Assembly (NCBI GenBank): GCA_963796285.1
Contig: CAWCKW010000006.1
Location: 96,001-160,000 of the forward strand
Direction: 5' to 3'
DNA length: 64,000 bases
DNA from: Nitrospirota bacterium
Lineage (GTDB): Bacteria > Nitrospirota > UBA9217
The notes beneath the pieces were generated by a model, which was not told the origin of the DNA, ran no database searches, and saw only the letters and a list, made by a program, of their open reading frames with translations. The position numbers were made by a program, and so were the translations under genes. Every line of letters starts with the position of its first letter. The first letter of the stretch is position 1. Positions 10,451 through 23,326 of this stretch are shown here, one piece after another.

Positions 10451-10704
10451 ATGCCAGGGGTTGATGCTCTTGATAAGAACATGTCGCAATACGAAGCGTG
10501 GTTTGGTGATCATCCCTTCGCATACCTTTCGGCACTCCCTGCCGTGCAGGAACTGCTTCCGATGCACGGGAGCGGGATCGAGACCGGTATAGGAACCGGC
10601 CGGTTTGCATTGCCGCTCGTGATCAAGCAGGGGATCGAACCGTCGCGATCCATGGCGGAGATTATGGTGAAGGTTCTTTTGTGGTGATCAAGGCGGACAA
10701 ATAA
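10451..10704 (+). pseudogene. Class I SAM methyltransferase remnant with internal deletion
   Basis: N-terminal YEAWF..ETGIGTGRFA..GIEPS joined out of frame to the C-terminal YGEGSFVVIKADK*. Confidence 0.55.
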
Positions 10705-11059
10705 TCCCGGACAACGGGGAGGCCACCCCTGACAGGAAAAACGATCGTCTCTCTCGTCAAGACATCCGACTGGGAACTCGTCATACCGCGGCTGAAAAAA
10801 AGTGCGCTCGTGACGGGCGATGAAATAAGCAAAATATCAATTACCGATTGATGAGTATTCTGCGGGATAAAAAAGGCGGGTGTTCTTCCCGCTCCTGCTT
10901 GGATAGAACATCCCGCCGATGAAAACGTGCGTTACAACACCTGCCTTCATGACAGCCAACCACAAAGATTTCTAGTCTATCGTCGTGTCATGCATATTCG
11001 TTAGTAAAGAATAAAATAGGTACATATGCACCCAGCTGCCGTTGTTGGATTTATCCGGT

Positions 11060-12757
11060 TCAGGATGCAACCACAGACGAACTCGATGACGCTCCGATGA
11101 GCTTCCGCACGTAGAGCTGCTGAACGATCGAGAGTGCGTTGCTCAGGGTGATGTAGAGCAAGAGGCCCGCCGGGAGCCAGGCGAACATGAAGATCATGGC
11201 AATGTTCACATACATCATGATCTTTGCCTGCTGCGGGTCGGGTGTGGTGGACGTCATCTTCATTGTCAGGATCATGCTCACACCCATCAGGACCGGCAGG
11301 ATATAGAACGGATCGTAGACCGACAGGTCTTTGATCCAGATCGGGATAAAAGGGGCCTGACGCAGTTCGATGGACACGGACAGGACATTGTAGAGCGCCA
11401 CAAAGAACGGAAGCTGCAGGAGCATCGGCAGGCATCCGCCCACCGGATTCACCTTGTGTTCCTTATAGAGCTTCATCATCTCCGTGTTCATCTTCGAGGG
11501 GTCCTTTTTATACTTCTCCCGGAGCGCCATGATCTGAGGCTGGATCTTCTTCATCTCCTCCATGGATGTCGCGCTTTTCAGCGACGGATAGAACAGGAGC
11601 AGCCGCACCACGATAGTGAGCAGGATGATCGCGATGCCGTAATTTCTCGTGAGGGCGTAGAATTGTTTCATGAGCCAGAACATGGGCTTGGCGAGGACGC
11701 CGAACCAGCCATAGTCCACCATCTGCTCCAAACCGCGTCCGAAAGCTTGCAGGAGCGTAAAACTCTTTGGCCCCGCATAGAGCGTGAACGTGCGCGCTTC
11801 GGGTTTCTCTTTTACCGTCAACGCGGAAGTGAGGAGATCGCCGATTTCTTTGGGTGCCGCGGTCAGCTTGCCCGTCACGAGTCCCGGGTTCCCGGAGATG
11901 AACGTAGCGGTAAAATATTTATCCGACTGGCCGAACCAGTCGATGACGCCGGCGTATTGCACTTCACCCTTGATACTCTCTAGTTTCTCAAACACTGATT
12001 TACCGTCTGTCTGGGCAACCAGGCCCACGCGGCCCTTTGCAGCCGTGCTGGTCTTGTCCTCGAGACCGAAATCCGTTCCCAGGGATAACGTATAGCCGTC
12101 CAGTTTGCTCGTATTGACCTCGATGTCGACCTTGTACGCGTCGTTGTGAAAGGTCAACCGTTTTTCGATCGAGATGCCCGCGGGGCCGCTGTACGTAAGT
12201 ACCAGCGTTTCCGACGGCCTGTCCTTGCCGAGGTGTATTGCGTCGACGTTTGCCCGATACTCCACCCGGGAAAGATTGTACAGGTCCTTATCAAGGGGTG
12301 CCAGGGTCAGGGGCATCACCATGTCCCTGCGGTCCATCCCCTCGTAAACAGGCAGGAGCTGCACATTGCCAAACACCTTCTTCGGCTTCTCTTCCTTCGG
12401 CGCCTGTCCCATGAGCTTCTTGATCATGACGCCAACTCCGACCGGGGTCTTGTCCGACTCCCGATAGTGCTTGAGCTCCCAACCCGTGAGCACTCCTCCG
12501 GCCGTGTTCACCGTGGCCCGCACCAGATCGGTCTCGATAATGATGTCATGTCCCACGGCTGCCGGCTCGATCCTCGCAGCCACAACCGAGGCGCGAACCG
12601 GTTTCTGCGTCTGCATTGGCGTTTCCTGCGATACTTCCTGTTTCGATGTTTCGGGAATGATCGGTTTTTCCGGCGGCTTCGGCGCAAAGAAGCGCATATA
12701 GCCCACGAACACGAGCAAAGAAAGGGAAAGTGCTAATATGAATCTTCGTGTTTCCAT
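11060..12757 (-). CDS. yidC: Membrane protein insertase YidC
   Basis: VDYGWF, NYGIAIILLT, GGCLPMLLQLP; synteny. Confidence 0.97.
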   Translation of the reverse strand: METRRFILALSLSLLVFVGYMRFFAPKPPEKPIIPETSKQEVSQETPMQTQKPVRASVVAARIEPAAVGHDIIIETDLVRATVNTAGGVLTGWELKHYRESDKTPVGVGVMIKKLMGQAPKEEKPKKVFGNVQLLPVYEGMDRRDMVMPLTLAPLDKDLYNLSRVEYRANVDAIHLGKDRPSETLVLTYSGPAGISIEKRLTFHNDAYKVDIEVNTSKLDGYTLSLGTDFGLEDKTSTAAKGRVGLVAQTDGKSVFEKLESIKGEVQYAGVIDWFGQSDKYFTATFISGNPGLVTGKLTAAPKEIGDLLTSALTVKEKPEARTFTLYAGPKSFTLLQAFGRGLEQMVDYGWFGVLAKPMFWLMKQFYALTRNYGIAIILLTIVVRLLLFYPSLKSATSMEEMKKIQPQIMALREKYKKDPSKMNTEMMKLYKEHKVNPVGGCLPMLLQLPFFVALYNVLSVSIELRQAPFIPIWIKDLSVYDPFYILPVLMGVSMILTMKMTSTTPDPQQAKIMMYVNIAMIFMFAWLPAGLLLYITLSNALSIVQQLYVRKLIGASSSSSVVAS

Positions 12758-12770
12758 GGATCCTCCGAAC

Positions 12771-12986
12771 TTATTTTACGGGGTCGTATCCGCCTGGATG
12801 AAAGGGATGGCATTTTAAAACACGCACGACCGTCATCCAGATGGCTTTGAACATGCCCTTTTTCTGAAAGGCCTCGACAGCATATTCTGAGCACGTCGGT
12901 GTGAACCTGCAGGCTGGCGGCAACATCGGCGAGATAGTGCGTTTGTACAGTCTCAGGAGAGCAATAATAAAAGTATTCACATTCAC
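12771..12986 (-). CDS. yidD: Membrane protein insertion efficiency factor YidD
   Basis: [24 protein letters not shown]. Confidence 0.96.
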   Translation of the reverse strand: MNVNTFIIALLRLYKRTISPMLPPACRFTPTCSEYAVEAFQKKGMFKAIWMTVVRVLKCHPFHPGGYDPVK

Positions 12987-13351
12987 GTCGCTTTGTTTTC
13001 CTGCGTGCGGTTGCGCAGCGCGGTCCGCTGGAGAATGGTTTCAACGGCCTTCATGATCTTTTCATACTCTGCAGTGATCAGTTCCCGCCGCGCCACGAAC
13101 ACCAGGTCAAATCCGATCGTCTGGTCCCGCAGTGTCTTCATAATGCAGTCCCGTATCTGCCGTCTGACCCGGTTTCTCGTTACTGCGTTCGCCAGTTTTT
13201 TACTAACGGCTATACCGATCCTGAAGTTACCCTTATCGTTCTTGATATAAAAAAGAGAAAGACCGTCAACCGACAGTCTTTTGCCCTTCATGGTAGCTGT
13301 AAACTCTGAATTTTTTCGAATCCGCTCGCTCTTTCGATATGCGTACGGCAT
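12983..13351 (-). CDS. rnpA: Ribonuclease P protein component
   Basis: [18 protein letters not shown]; synteny. Confidence 0.95.
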   Translation of the reverse strand: MPYAYRKSERIRKNSEFTATMKGKRLSVDGLSLFYIKNDKGNFRIGIAVSKKLANAVTRNRVRRQIRDCIMKTLRDQTIGFDLVFVARRELITAEYEKIMKAVETILQRTALRNRTQENKAT

Positions 13352-13372
13352 CGCGTCTTTCCCGGCCCGGAA

Positions 13373-13510
13373 TTATACGGAGAGACGCTTTCTTCCCTTG
13401 GCCCTGCGGCGCTTGATAACATTCCTGCCCGTAGCTGTGCTCATCCGCTTCCTGAAGCCCTGTGCCCGTTTTTGCTTAAGATTGCTTTTTTGTGCTGTTG
13501 TTTCCGACAT
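13373..13510 (-). CDS. rpmH: 50S ribosomal protein L34
   Basis: Translated by hand: ...[28 protein letters not shown]. Confidence 0.95.
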   Translation of the reverse strand: MSETTAQKSNLKQKRAQGFRKRMSTATGRNVIKRRRAKGRKRLSV

Positions 13511-13548
13511 CGCCTTGCTCCTTCGGTGGTATTTATGAACAGGCGGGT

Positions 13549-13576
13549 ATTATAAGCGAAAAAGTAAATATGTCAA
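13549..13576 (-). promoter_or_regulatory. sigma70 promoter of rpmH operon
   Basis: TTGACA-N16-TATAAT. Confidence 0.7.
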
Positions 13577-13947
13577 GCGAAAAACCATAAGTAAACAGGG
13601 TTTTGACTTAGCACGGCTTTTTTGGTACAGTGCGGTACTCGAAAGATCGCTGTGCTGGAGCTCCTGGATGTCGTGGACCATATCATTCCAGCAAAAAACA
13701 CAACACTGGATATCTCCCACCTTCATCTGCACGGTGAAAAGCAACACGCCCGTGATCCGGGAGCCGCACAAATGCGAAGCAATCGGCTGTCCAACCTCGA
13801 CCGGATGCCGGAGGACCAACTGACGATCGCATCAAGAAAAAAGTTTGGCGCTGTTACGGAAAAAACTCAACCGATGAGGAATGTTGTATGCAGGGACAGG
13901 CTCTATGCTTGTTGTTGCCGTGTCCCCCGATCCTGTATCGACTCAAT

Positions 13948-14625
13948 ATGAAAACACCCTACACATTCCCTGTTGACGCCATTCTCCTGCTCGGCCCGAC
14001 CGGTGTTGGCAAGAGCCCGCTAGGTGATGTCATTGCGCAGAACGGTCTGTTCGGAAGAACGTGCCGGCATCTCGATTTCGGCTCGGAGTTGCGCGGTGCT
14101 ATTTCAGGAGGCCAGCGGTCTGCTGCTTACTCTACAGCGGAGCTTGACTTTATTCACGGCGTTCTTGAGCGCGGTCTCCTGCTCGAGAACGAGCACTTTC
14201 TCCTCGCAAAAAAGATCATCTCTCTGTACTTGGACCGGGTTGGGTTCGCTCAACACGAGGTACTCGTCCTGAACGGGATCCCGCGCCATGCGGGGCAGGC
14301 AATCGATATCGCGACGCTTGCTGCGATCCACACAGTGGTTATTCTTGACTGTTCTGCAGATGATGTTGTTTGCCGCATTCGGGAGAATGTCGGTGGAGAC
14401 AGGACGGACCGGGTCGATGATAACATGGAACTGGTCGATAAAAAACTATCGATATTCCGTGAAAGGACCGAGCCGCTTATCGATCACTACACACAGCGTG
14501 GATGTGCTTTGTATCGGATCAGCGTCTCGGCTGACATGACGCCATCAGAAGCCTATTGCAAGGTATCAGCGCTTGCCGCCGCTTATCCACCAGTCACTCT
14601 TGTCGCTGAACCACCACAACGATGA
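13948..14625 (+). CDS. Adenylate kinase-like NMP kinase
   Basis: GPTGVGKS P-loop, HLDFGSELR, LNGIPR, RTDRVDDN, TEPLIDHY. Confidence 0.75.
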   Translation: MKTPYTFPVDAILLLGPTGVGKSPLGDVIAQNGLFGRTCRHLDFGSELRGAISGGQRSAAYSTAELDFIHGVLERGLLLENEHFLLAKKIISLYLDRVGFAQHEVLVLNGIPRHAGQAIDIATLAAIHTVVILDCSADDVVCRIRENVGGDRTDRVDDNMELVDKKLSIFRERTEPLIDHYTQRGCALYRISVSADMTPSEAYCKVSALAAAYPPVTLVAEPPQR

Positions 14626-15153
14626 GTCGGTTTCCAGGATCGTCTTCGCGAGTTCCCTTGCTGAGTCCGTTTGCAGTCGTTTGAGCGAGAACTCAAGCCA
14701 CTCGTCTGCATACTTGTTTCCGAGGTCTTTGTATTCCTTGAGCGCGAGGATCATCTCCAGCTGGTCTGCATCGCGTGCCAATCGCGCCTCATCGGTCTTT
14801 CCTTCGATGAACTCCTGGATCAACTCCCTTATCTCGCTGCCGAACGGCAATGTCTGCGCCAGATCTTCGACTGCCTTGTTCTCATTTGCCTCGACATACT
14901 TTTTATTCACATAGTTGAGGTCGCCTGTCCGCGCTTCCGGCAGATCGTGGAACAGGCACATCTTGATCATCCGGTCTACATTAACCCCCGTGGCAAGTTT
15001 CCCGAGCGCGTAGCCGATGTAGGTCGTGCGAAATATGTGCTCAGCCACTGACTCAGCACCAGTGCCGAGGAATTGAAATCCGCTCCGGGGCGTGCGCTTC
15101 AGCATGCCTGCTTCGAATAGAAAATTTGCAATATTCTTCATATGGCGTTTCAT
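14566..15153 (-). CDS. HD-domain hydrolase (YfbR/HDDC2-like)
   Basis: LKRTPRSG, ESVAEH, HDLPEARTGD, DADQLE. Confidence 0.88.
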   Translation of the reverse strand: MKRHMKNIANFLFEAGMLKRTPRSGFQFLGTGAESVAEHIFRTTYIGYALGKLATGVNVDRMIKMCLFHDLPEARTGDLNYVNKKYVEANENKAVEDLAQTLPFGSEIRELIQEFIEGKTDEARLARDADQLEMILALKEYKDLGNKYADEWLEFSLKRLQTDSARELAKTILETDSSLWWFSDKSDWWISGGKR

Positions 15154-15239
15154 ATCACGAATTGAGTCATCTGTAAATAGTATCCTGCGGGATGCATGTT
15201 ACCTTTGTGCATAAAGCGCGGCCACAATTAATTCGCTGC

Positions 15240-15449
15240 TCAGATAACATTAATTTTCCGGCCTTGAAATTCAACAATTTGCCCTTTCCGCATCTTACAT
15301 CGCTTACGGAATTCCACACTTCCATTAACCTTAACAGAGCCCGCTGCGATCGCGGTTTTTGCCATACCCCCGCTATCGCACAACCCCATGACTTTCAAGA
15401 GGTCATGCAACTCGATAAACTCTTTGTGCCCCAGTTTAAACTCGTCCAC
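15240..15449 (-). CDS. S4-domain RNA-binding protein (YbcJ/YaaA)
   Basis: IELHDLLKVMGLCDSGGMAK, VKVNG, RKRCK; GTG start with AAGGA RBS. Confidence 0.85.
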   Translation of the reverse strand: MDEFKLGHKEFIELHDLLKVMGLCDSGGMAKTAIAAGSVKVNGSVEFRKRCKMRKGQIVEFQGRKINVI

Positions 15450-15539
15450 TATTATCCTTAAATATTGTTCGGACATATGACAGTCTTGATAGGCCTGCAT
15501 ACCCATTGTTCGGGTTTGCTGGAGAATTAAGAATGACAT

Positions 15540-15656
15540 TTGTACTACTGATCAGATCGAATGCTACCATGTTCGTGGCAAGCCGGAGTGCTGCTGCGGT
15601 ACGTTCAATGGCATCGTAGGAATGGGTGATAACAAACACAATCTCATTATTTTCAT
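15540..15656 (-). pseudogene. Possible DsrE-family N-terminal remnant
   Basis: GGAGG RBS, then IVFVITHSYDAIERTAAALRLATNMVAFD; frameshifted and truncated. Confidence 0.3.
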
Positions 15657-15789
15657 GTTCTCCTCCTGAAGATCACGCGGTGGAGTTATTAACGACTGGA
15701 CATAAAGATACCACGCGAGAGGTACAATTAACAAATGATTTTTGTATTTTGTTGTGTAACGCGAGATGATGTTATTCAGATGGCTTGTT

Positions 15790-16015
15790 TATCTTAATTA
15801 CTATTAATATATATTAAATAAATTAGTAGTAGTAGTAGTAGGGCATGTGGATATGTGAGCAGAGAAGAAAAGGCGTTGAGAAATAAAACAAAGCACGACC
15901 GGATAAAGGAGGTTCAGCGATGTGCGTAGAGGGGGATAGTGGTGTTGATAACTGGATGCGAGGAACTATACACAGGTTATCAAAAATCCATACACAGGCG
16001 AATGTGGGTAGTTTT
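15790..16015. other. oriC: Replication origin unwinding region (AT-rich DUE, DnaA-trios, DnaA boxes)
   Basis: AT tract, (TAG)6 at 15824-15841, GGCA, TGTGGATAT at 15846-15854, further degenerate boxes TGTTGATAA, CTATACACA, TTATCAAAA. Confidence 0.8.
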
Positions 16016-16369
16016 TTAACCCGGCGGCCAGGCAAACCTGCGGCCGGATAATAGATGGAGATGGATGTGGAACACGGACTGTCCTGCATCAAGGCCGTTG
16101 TTGATGACCATCCGATAACCGCCCTTATCGAGACCTTTCTTCGAAGCAATGGTTTTGGCAATAAAGAAGAGATGGCCAATGAGTTCACGATCTGTAATGG
16201 CGATGCTGTGGATGTCAGCGATATGTTTTTTTGGCACAATGAGCGTGTGAACAGGCGCCTGGGGATTGAGGTCCTCGAAGGCGACTGCGTACTCGTCCTC
16301 ATGGAGAATCGTTGCCGGGATTTTTTTCTCGATGATCTTGCAAAAAATACAGTGCGGGTCGGGACTCAT
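16016..16369 (-). CDS. hinT: Histidine triad nucleotide-binding protein
   Basis: [24 protein letters not shown]. Confidence 0.93.
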   Translation of the reverse strand: MSPDPHCIFCKIIEKKIPATILHEDEYAVAFEDLNPQAPVHTLIVPKKHIADIHSIAITDRELIGHLFFIAKTIASKKGLDKGGYRMVINNGLDAGQSVFHIHLHLLSGRRFAWPPG

Positions 16370-16710
16370 TTTGTATCTCCCGGTAGGTTCTCAGAAAAAC
16401 TTCTAAAAAAACAAGAGCGTTCTCCGGTATGGCAGGCAGGACCGGTCTGTTCGACTTTAATCAGAAGTGTGTCCTGATCACAATCGTATAGAATATCTTT
16501 AACGCGCTGGATATTGCCGGAGGTCTCGCCCTTTTGCCAGAACTTCTGTCGAGAACGGCTCCAGTACCAGGTGAAACCGGATTCGACCGTCCTCTGAAGC
16601 GAGGCAGCGTTCATATACGCGACCATCAATATCTCGTTAGTTTTCCAGTCCTGGATTACCGCGGGGATCAGGCCTTTCTCATCATATTTAAGGTTATCAG
16701 GAATCTGCAT
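16366..16710 (-). CDS. hisI: Phosphoribosyl-AMP cyclohydrolase
   Basis: [27 protein letters not shown]. Confidence 0.95.
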   Translation of the reverse strand: MQIPDNLKYDEKGLIPAVIQDWKTNEILMVAYMNAASLQRTVESGFTWYWSRSRQKFWQKGETSGNIQRVKDILYDCDQDTLLIKVEQTGPACHTGERSCFFRSFSENLPGDTK

Positions 16711-16770
16711 GATTGGAAAGGTTTTATCATAAATCAGAAAAAATGTCCAGAGGAGAGGAGCATAGACAAT

Positions 16771-16802
16771 AAGAAACCGGTCCCATGGGAGACCGGTTTC
16801 TT
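16771..16802 (-). terminator. Intrinsic terminator after tusA-dsrE
   Basis: AAGAAACCGGTC...GACCGGTTTCTT hairpin. Confidence 0.65.
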
Positions 16803-16850
16803 AACCTGAAACATGTTCAGGAGCGTCGCGCAGGTGATAAATAAATCCTG

Positions 16851-17324
16851 TTAAACGAAAAGATTGATCTGTGCGTCGATAGCTGAATCCAGCCAGGCAG
16901 CGGCGCCACCGAACTCAACCCCATCGACGATGTCCGACTGCTTCACGCCCATCACGTCCATGGTCATCTGGCAAGCGATGAGCTTTACTCCCGCCTCCTT
17001 GGCAAGATCAAGAAGCTGGCCGATAGAAGCAACACCGTGCTTATTGAAGTTGGATTTCATCATTGCAGTTGCCATGGCCTCCATGCCGGGAAGCGACCCG
17101 ATGAGTGTGGGGATAGGCACCGGCATCGGCATCGCAGGGTTTCCGATGGGCGAGATCTTGAGCTTATCGGCATTGCCCTTTTTTATGATGTCGAGCCCGA
17201 AGAACGTAAAAAATATCGTCACATCAACGTCCATGGATGCGGCCGTAGTAGCGAGGATCAGGGGCGGATAAGCCATGTCCAGTGAGCCCTTGGATGCAAT
17301 GATCGTCATTTTTTTATTTGCCAT
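16851..17324 (-). CDS. DsrE/DsrF/DsrH-like (DsrE2-type) sulfur transfer protein
   Basis: GSLDMAYPPLILA, FFTFFGL, ACQMTMDVMG. Confidence 0.88.
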   Translation of the reverse strand: MANKKMTIIASKGSLDMAYPPLILATTAASMDVDVTIFFTFFGLDIIKKGNADKLKISPIGNPAMPMPVPIPTLIGSLPGMEAMATAMMKSNFNKHGVASIGQLLDLAKEAGVKLIACQMTMDVMGVKQSDIVDGVEFGGAAAWLDSAIDAQINLFV

Positions 17325-17334
17325 GGTATTCTCC

Positions 17335-17577
17335 TTATGCCGTTTTTTTGATGTAGAACGTGAATGTGCCCGAACCTTCTTCGACCTTCACGATTTCATT
17401 GCCCGTTCTTTTTGCCCACGATGCCATATCATTCTTCGAACCGGCGTCGGTGGACTCTACTTTGAGGATCTGATCCTTGGAGAGCGCTTCCACTGCTTTC
17501 TTTGTTTTCAATATCGGCAACGGGCAGCTCATGCCTTTTGCATCCAAAAACTGATCAAACTTTATATCTGCTGACAT
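17335..17577 (-). CDS. tusA: Sulfurtransferase TusA family
   Basis: LDAKGMSCPLP motif. Confidence 0.88.
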   Translation of the reverse strand: MSADIKFDQFLDAKGMSCPLPILKTKKAVEALSKDQILKVESTDAGSKNDMASWAKRTGNEIVKVEEGSGTFTFYIKKTA

Positions 17578-17825
17578 ATCCTTCACCTCCAAAAAAATAA
17601 ACAATAATATCTACCATTGAAACACCTGTTTTATTATACAGCCGGTGGGAGCAAAGTCAAGCGTTTTTTCAATAGTACACACAAGAACTTTGCTGGGAGA
17701 TCGATGTGTTTTTTAACATACCATGCATGCGATCTAGAGTTTTGAGTATGTAGATGATTGGCGGGTATGGTTTGTAGGATTAAATGACTGGAAACGGAAA
17801 GCAGATGTCAATGGTTAAAAATACC

Positions 17826-17854
17826 TTGCCAGAAGACCTGTGTTCTGGTATAGT
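17826..17854 (+). promoter_or_regulatory. Putative sigma70 promoter of dnaA
   Basis: TTGCCA-N17-TATAGT. Confidence 0.45.
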
Positions 17855-18013
17855 CTGCCTCGCTGGTAACCAGCGTCAGAACAGATTAGCAAGATGCATG
17901 CTAAGCCTACTCATGCAGCAATACGTAAAATCTCATAATAATAGGGCAACAAAAAGCGGACAATAAGCCTCCGCGTGATAGCGTAACCTATCGAAAATTA
18001 AACCAAAAACTCA

Positions 18014-18033
18014 TTATCCACACCTGTGGATAA
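18014..18033. promoter_or_regulatory. Two perfect inverted DnaA boxes upstream of dnaA
   Basis: TTATCCACA-CC-TGTGGATAA. Confidence 0.9.
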
Positions 18034-18080
18034 GCATGTTTGTAACCAGAGTTGTTTTTCCAGATATTTTTGGGGTATGT

Positions 18081-19412
18081 ATGGATCAGGAACGCGTTTG
18101 GGAAGAGATACTGTTGCTCATAGAAAACCGTATGTCCAAGCAGGGTTACGACACCTGGTTCAGCCAGTCAAAGCTCCTTTCGATAGACGGCAACAAGATA
18201 CAGATCGAGGTCCCAAGCAAGTTCCATAGGGACTGGATAAAAGAGCATCACTGGAGCACTCTTTCTGATGTCATCAAGGAAGTAACCAAGCGGGAAGATG
18301 TGGAGATCGATTTCTTTGTCCAGCCACAGTTGGCGGCAAAAAAAACCGTTCGCCTGACCAAAGAAGAAAAAAAAGAGGGCCGTGAAGACAAGATAGGGCT
18401 CTTTGAAAAAAAGTATACCTTTGCCAATTTCGTCGTAGGTCCAAGCAATCAATTTGCACACGCTGCGGCCAAGGCCGTGGCGGACGCGCCTGGCCGATCG
18501 TACAATCCCCTCTTTATTTACAGCGGCGTCGGACTGGGCAAGACCCATCTCGTAAACGCCATCGGCCACCACATTCAGAGCAAATCTCCGCGAACAAAAG
18601 TTGCATACCTCTCATCCGAACAATTCACAAACGAACTCATTAACAAAATGAGCCATCAGCGGATGGAGGAGTTCCGGCAGAAGTATCGGAACATGGACGT
18701 CCTGCTCATAGATGATATCCAGTTCATTGCAGGCAAAGAGCGGACCCAGGAGGAGTTCTTTCATACCTTCAATACCCTCTATGAAGCACAGAAGCAGATA
18801 GTGCTCACCAGCGACCGCCAGCCCAAGGAAATTCCCGATATCGAGGAGCGGCTCCGTTCTCGATTCGAGTCCGGACTGATTTCGGACATTCAGCTGCCGG
18901 ACCTCGAGACTCGGATAGCAATCCTGAAGAAAAAGGCGGAGTTCTGGAGCATCCGACTGCCCGATGATGTTGCGGAATTTCTGGCCTCGATGATGAAAAG
19001 CAACATCCGGGAGCTTGAAGGCGGCCTGGTGAAGCTCGGTGCGGTCTCGTCGCTCACGAACACCGAGATAACGCAGGAGCTTGCCAAGAATGAGCTCAAG
19101 TATCTTCTTGACAGCAGGGAACGGGTTATCACCAACGAACTTGTGCAGAAAATCGTGTCCGAAGCGTTCGGCGTGAAAATCTCCGATCTCAAGTCGAAAC
19201 GCCGCACCAGGGCCGTGGTTCTGCCTCGCCAGGTCGCAATGTATCTCTGCAGAACGCTTGCCGGTTCATCGCTGCCTGATATAGGACTTTTCTTTGGCGG
19301 CAAGGACCACAGCACTGTCATTCACGCGTGCAAAGTAATTGAGGAAAAAAAAGAAAAAGACCCCGAGTTAAAAGCCAAGCTGGAGATGTTAATTAAACAG
19401 TTAAGACATTGA
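18081..19412 (+). CDS. dnaA: Chromosomal replication initiator DnaA
   Basis: YNPLFIYSGVGLGKTHL, DDIQF, GGKDHSTVIH. Confidence 0.98.
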   Translation: MDQERVWEEILLLIENRMSKQGYDTWFSQSKLLSIDGNKIQIEVPSKFHRDWIKEHHWSTLSDVIKEVTKREDVEIDFFVQPQLAAKKTVRLTKEEKKEGREDKIGLFEKKYTFANFVVGPSNQFAHAAAKAVADAPGRSYNPLFIYSGVGLGKTHLVNAIGHHIQSKSPRTKVAYLSSEQFTNELINKMSHQRMEEFRQKYRNMDVLLIDDIQFIAGKERTQEEFFHTFNTLYEAQKQIVLTSDRQPKEIPDIEERLRSRFESGLISDIQLPDLETRIAILKKKAEFWSIRLPDDVAEFLASMMKSNIRELEGGLVKLGAVSSLTNTEITQELAKNELKYLLDSRERVITNELVQKIVSEAFGVKISDLKSKRRTRAVVLPRQVAMYLCRTLAGSSLPDIGLFFGGKDHSTVIHACKVIEEKKEKDPELKAKLEMLIKQLRH

Positions 19413-19498
19413 AATATAAAGGCAATAAACCATAAAAAAATATTGCTATTTGCTGGGGATTCTGATAGTATTCGTGGACGTGACAGGAGGCTTCCCTG

Positions 19499-20614
19499 AT
19501 GAAACTGAAAATTAAAAAAGAGGAAATTCTGAAGGGGTTGCAGAGGATCCAGGGTGTCGTGGAAAAGAAGAACACCATGCCTATTCTCTCGAACATGCTC
19601 CTTATTGCAGATGACCGCGGTGTGGAGATAATCGCTACGGACCTTGAGATCGGGCTGCGCGGGCGTTATGAGGCGGCAGTCGATAAGCCCGGCGCCGTCA
19701 CCGTGTCAGCGAAGAAAATGTATGAGATCGTGCGTGAGCTACCAGCCGATGACATACAGATCAACGTCGAAGAAAATAACTGGGTCAGGATACAAACGGG
19801 CCATTCACAGTTCAAGCTCGTCGGGTTGCCAAGGGACGAGTATCCTGCGCTCCCTGATGTCGCGGAAGAAGGTATGATCGTCATCGAAGGCGATACGCTT
19901 CGCGACATGATCAAGAAGACGCTCTATGCCGTGGGCGAAAACGATGCGCGGTATGTGCTGAACGGCCTCTTTGTCCACATGACCCAGACCAAAGGCGGCC
20001 TCAACATCAGGATGGTCGGCACCGACGGACACCGACTTTCGATGATAGATCGTGTGGTTGATGCCAAGCACAAGGAAGAGGGCATCATCATCCCCAAAAA
20101 GGCGATGGTAGAGCTTCGGCGGCTCCTTGAGGAAGATGCTCCCAAGACCGAGCTTAGGCTTGGGTTCAGCAAGAACCACGCGCTGTTTAAGCGTGACGGC
20201 CTGGTCATGGTATCAAAGCTCATCGACGGCAACTATCCCAACTACCTCCAGGTTGTGCCTGCGAAGAGTACGAAGAAGGTCACCGTGTCCAAAGACGCGT
20301 TCACCCATGCGGTGAAGCGCGTTTCGATCCTGTCCAAGGAAAAGACCAACGCCGTAAAACTGCAGCTTGAATCGGGCAGGCTCATTCTTTCCACGAACAA
20401 TCCGGAAGTGGGTGAGGCGAATGAAGAGCTGGTGGTGGATTACAAGGGCGAGGCGATTGCGATCGGGTTCAATTCACGCTATCTCATGGATGTGCTTATG
20501 GCCATGGACCGCGAGACCATCTCTCTTGAGCTGAGCGATGCGCTGAGCCCGTGCCTGATCACGGAAGAGGGCGACGAAAATTATAAGTGCGTTGTGATGC
20601 CGATGAGGGTGTAA
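19499..20614 (+). CDS. dnaN: DNA polymerase III beta clamp
   Basis: ATDLEI, TDGHRL, VVMPMRV. Confidence 0.98.
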   Translation: MKLKIKKEEILKGLQRIQGVVEKKNTMPILSNMLLIADDRGVEIIATDLEIGLRGRYEAAVDKPGAVTVSAKKMYEIVRELPADDIQINVEENNWVRIQTGHSQFKLVGLPRDEYPALPDVAEEGMIVIEGDTLRDMIKKTLYAVGENDARYVLNGLFVHMTQTKGGLNIRMVGTDGHRLSMIDRVVDAKHKEEGIIIPKKAMVELRRLLEEDAPKTELRLGFSKNHALFKRDGLVMVSKLIDGNYPNYLQVVPAKSTKKVTVSKDAFTHAVKRVSILSKEKTNAVKLQLESGRLILSTNNPEVGEANEELVVDYKGEAIAIGFNSRYLMDVLMAMDRETISLELSDALSPCLITEEGDENYKCVVMPMRV

Positions 20615-20721
20615 GAAAAAAGCCCAACGCCAAACCCAAAATAAAATTCTAAAATACCAATAACCGATATCAGCGATGTTTGGCATTCGCGATTGTCTAT
20701 TGGGGCTTATTTGAGATTTGA

Positions 20722-23205
<2,484 letters not shown>

Positions 23206-23326
23206 ACAGAGTCGGGAGTCCAACGTGTGTTGTGCGTCTAAAGAACTCAGGACACAGCGCTCATCACTTGACTTTCAACTCTTTAGACCCCAGAGAACTC
23301 AATAGTTTCGAAAGACTGATACCATC

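Noticed and set aside
13622-13947. ORF faintly resembling a dnaE fragment
   Set aside because: Similarity is limited to a few residues and cannot be supported by eye.
15823-16302. 159-aa ORF ending in YYYYY
   Set aside because: The Tyr run is the antisense of the DnaA-trios; the ORF overlaps hinT and oriC.
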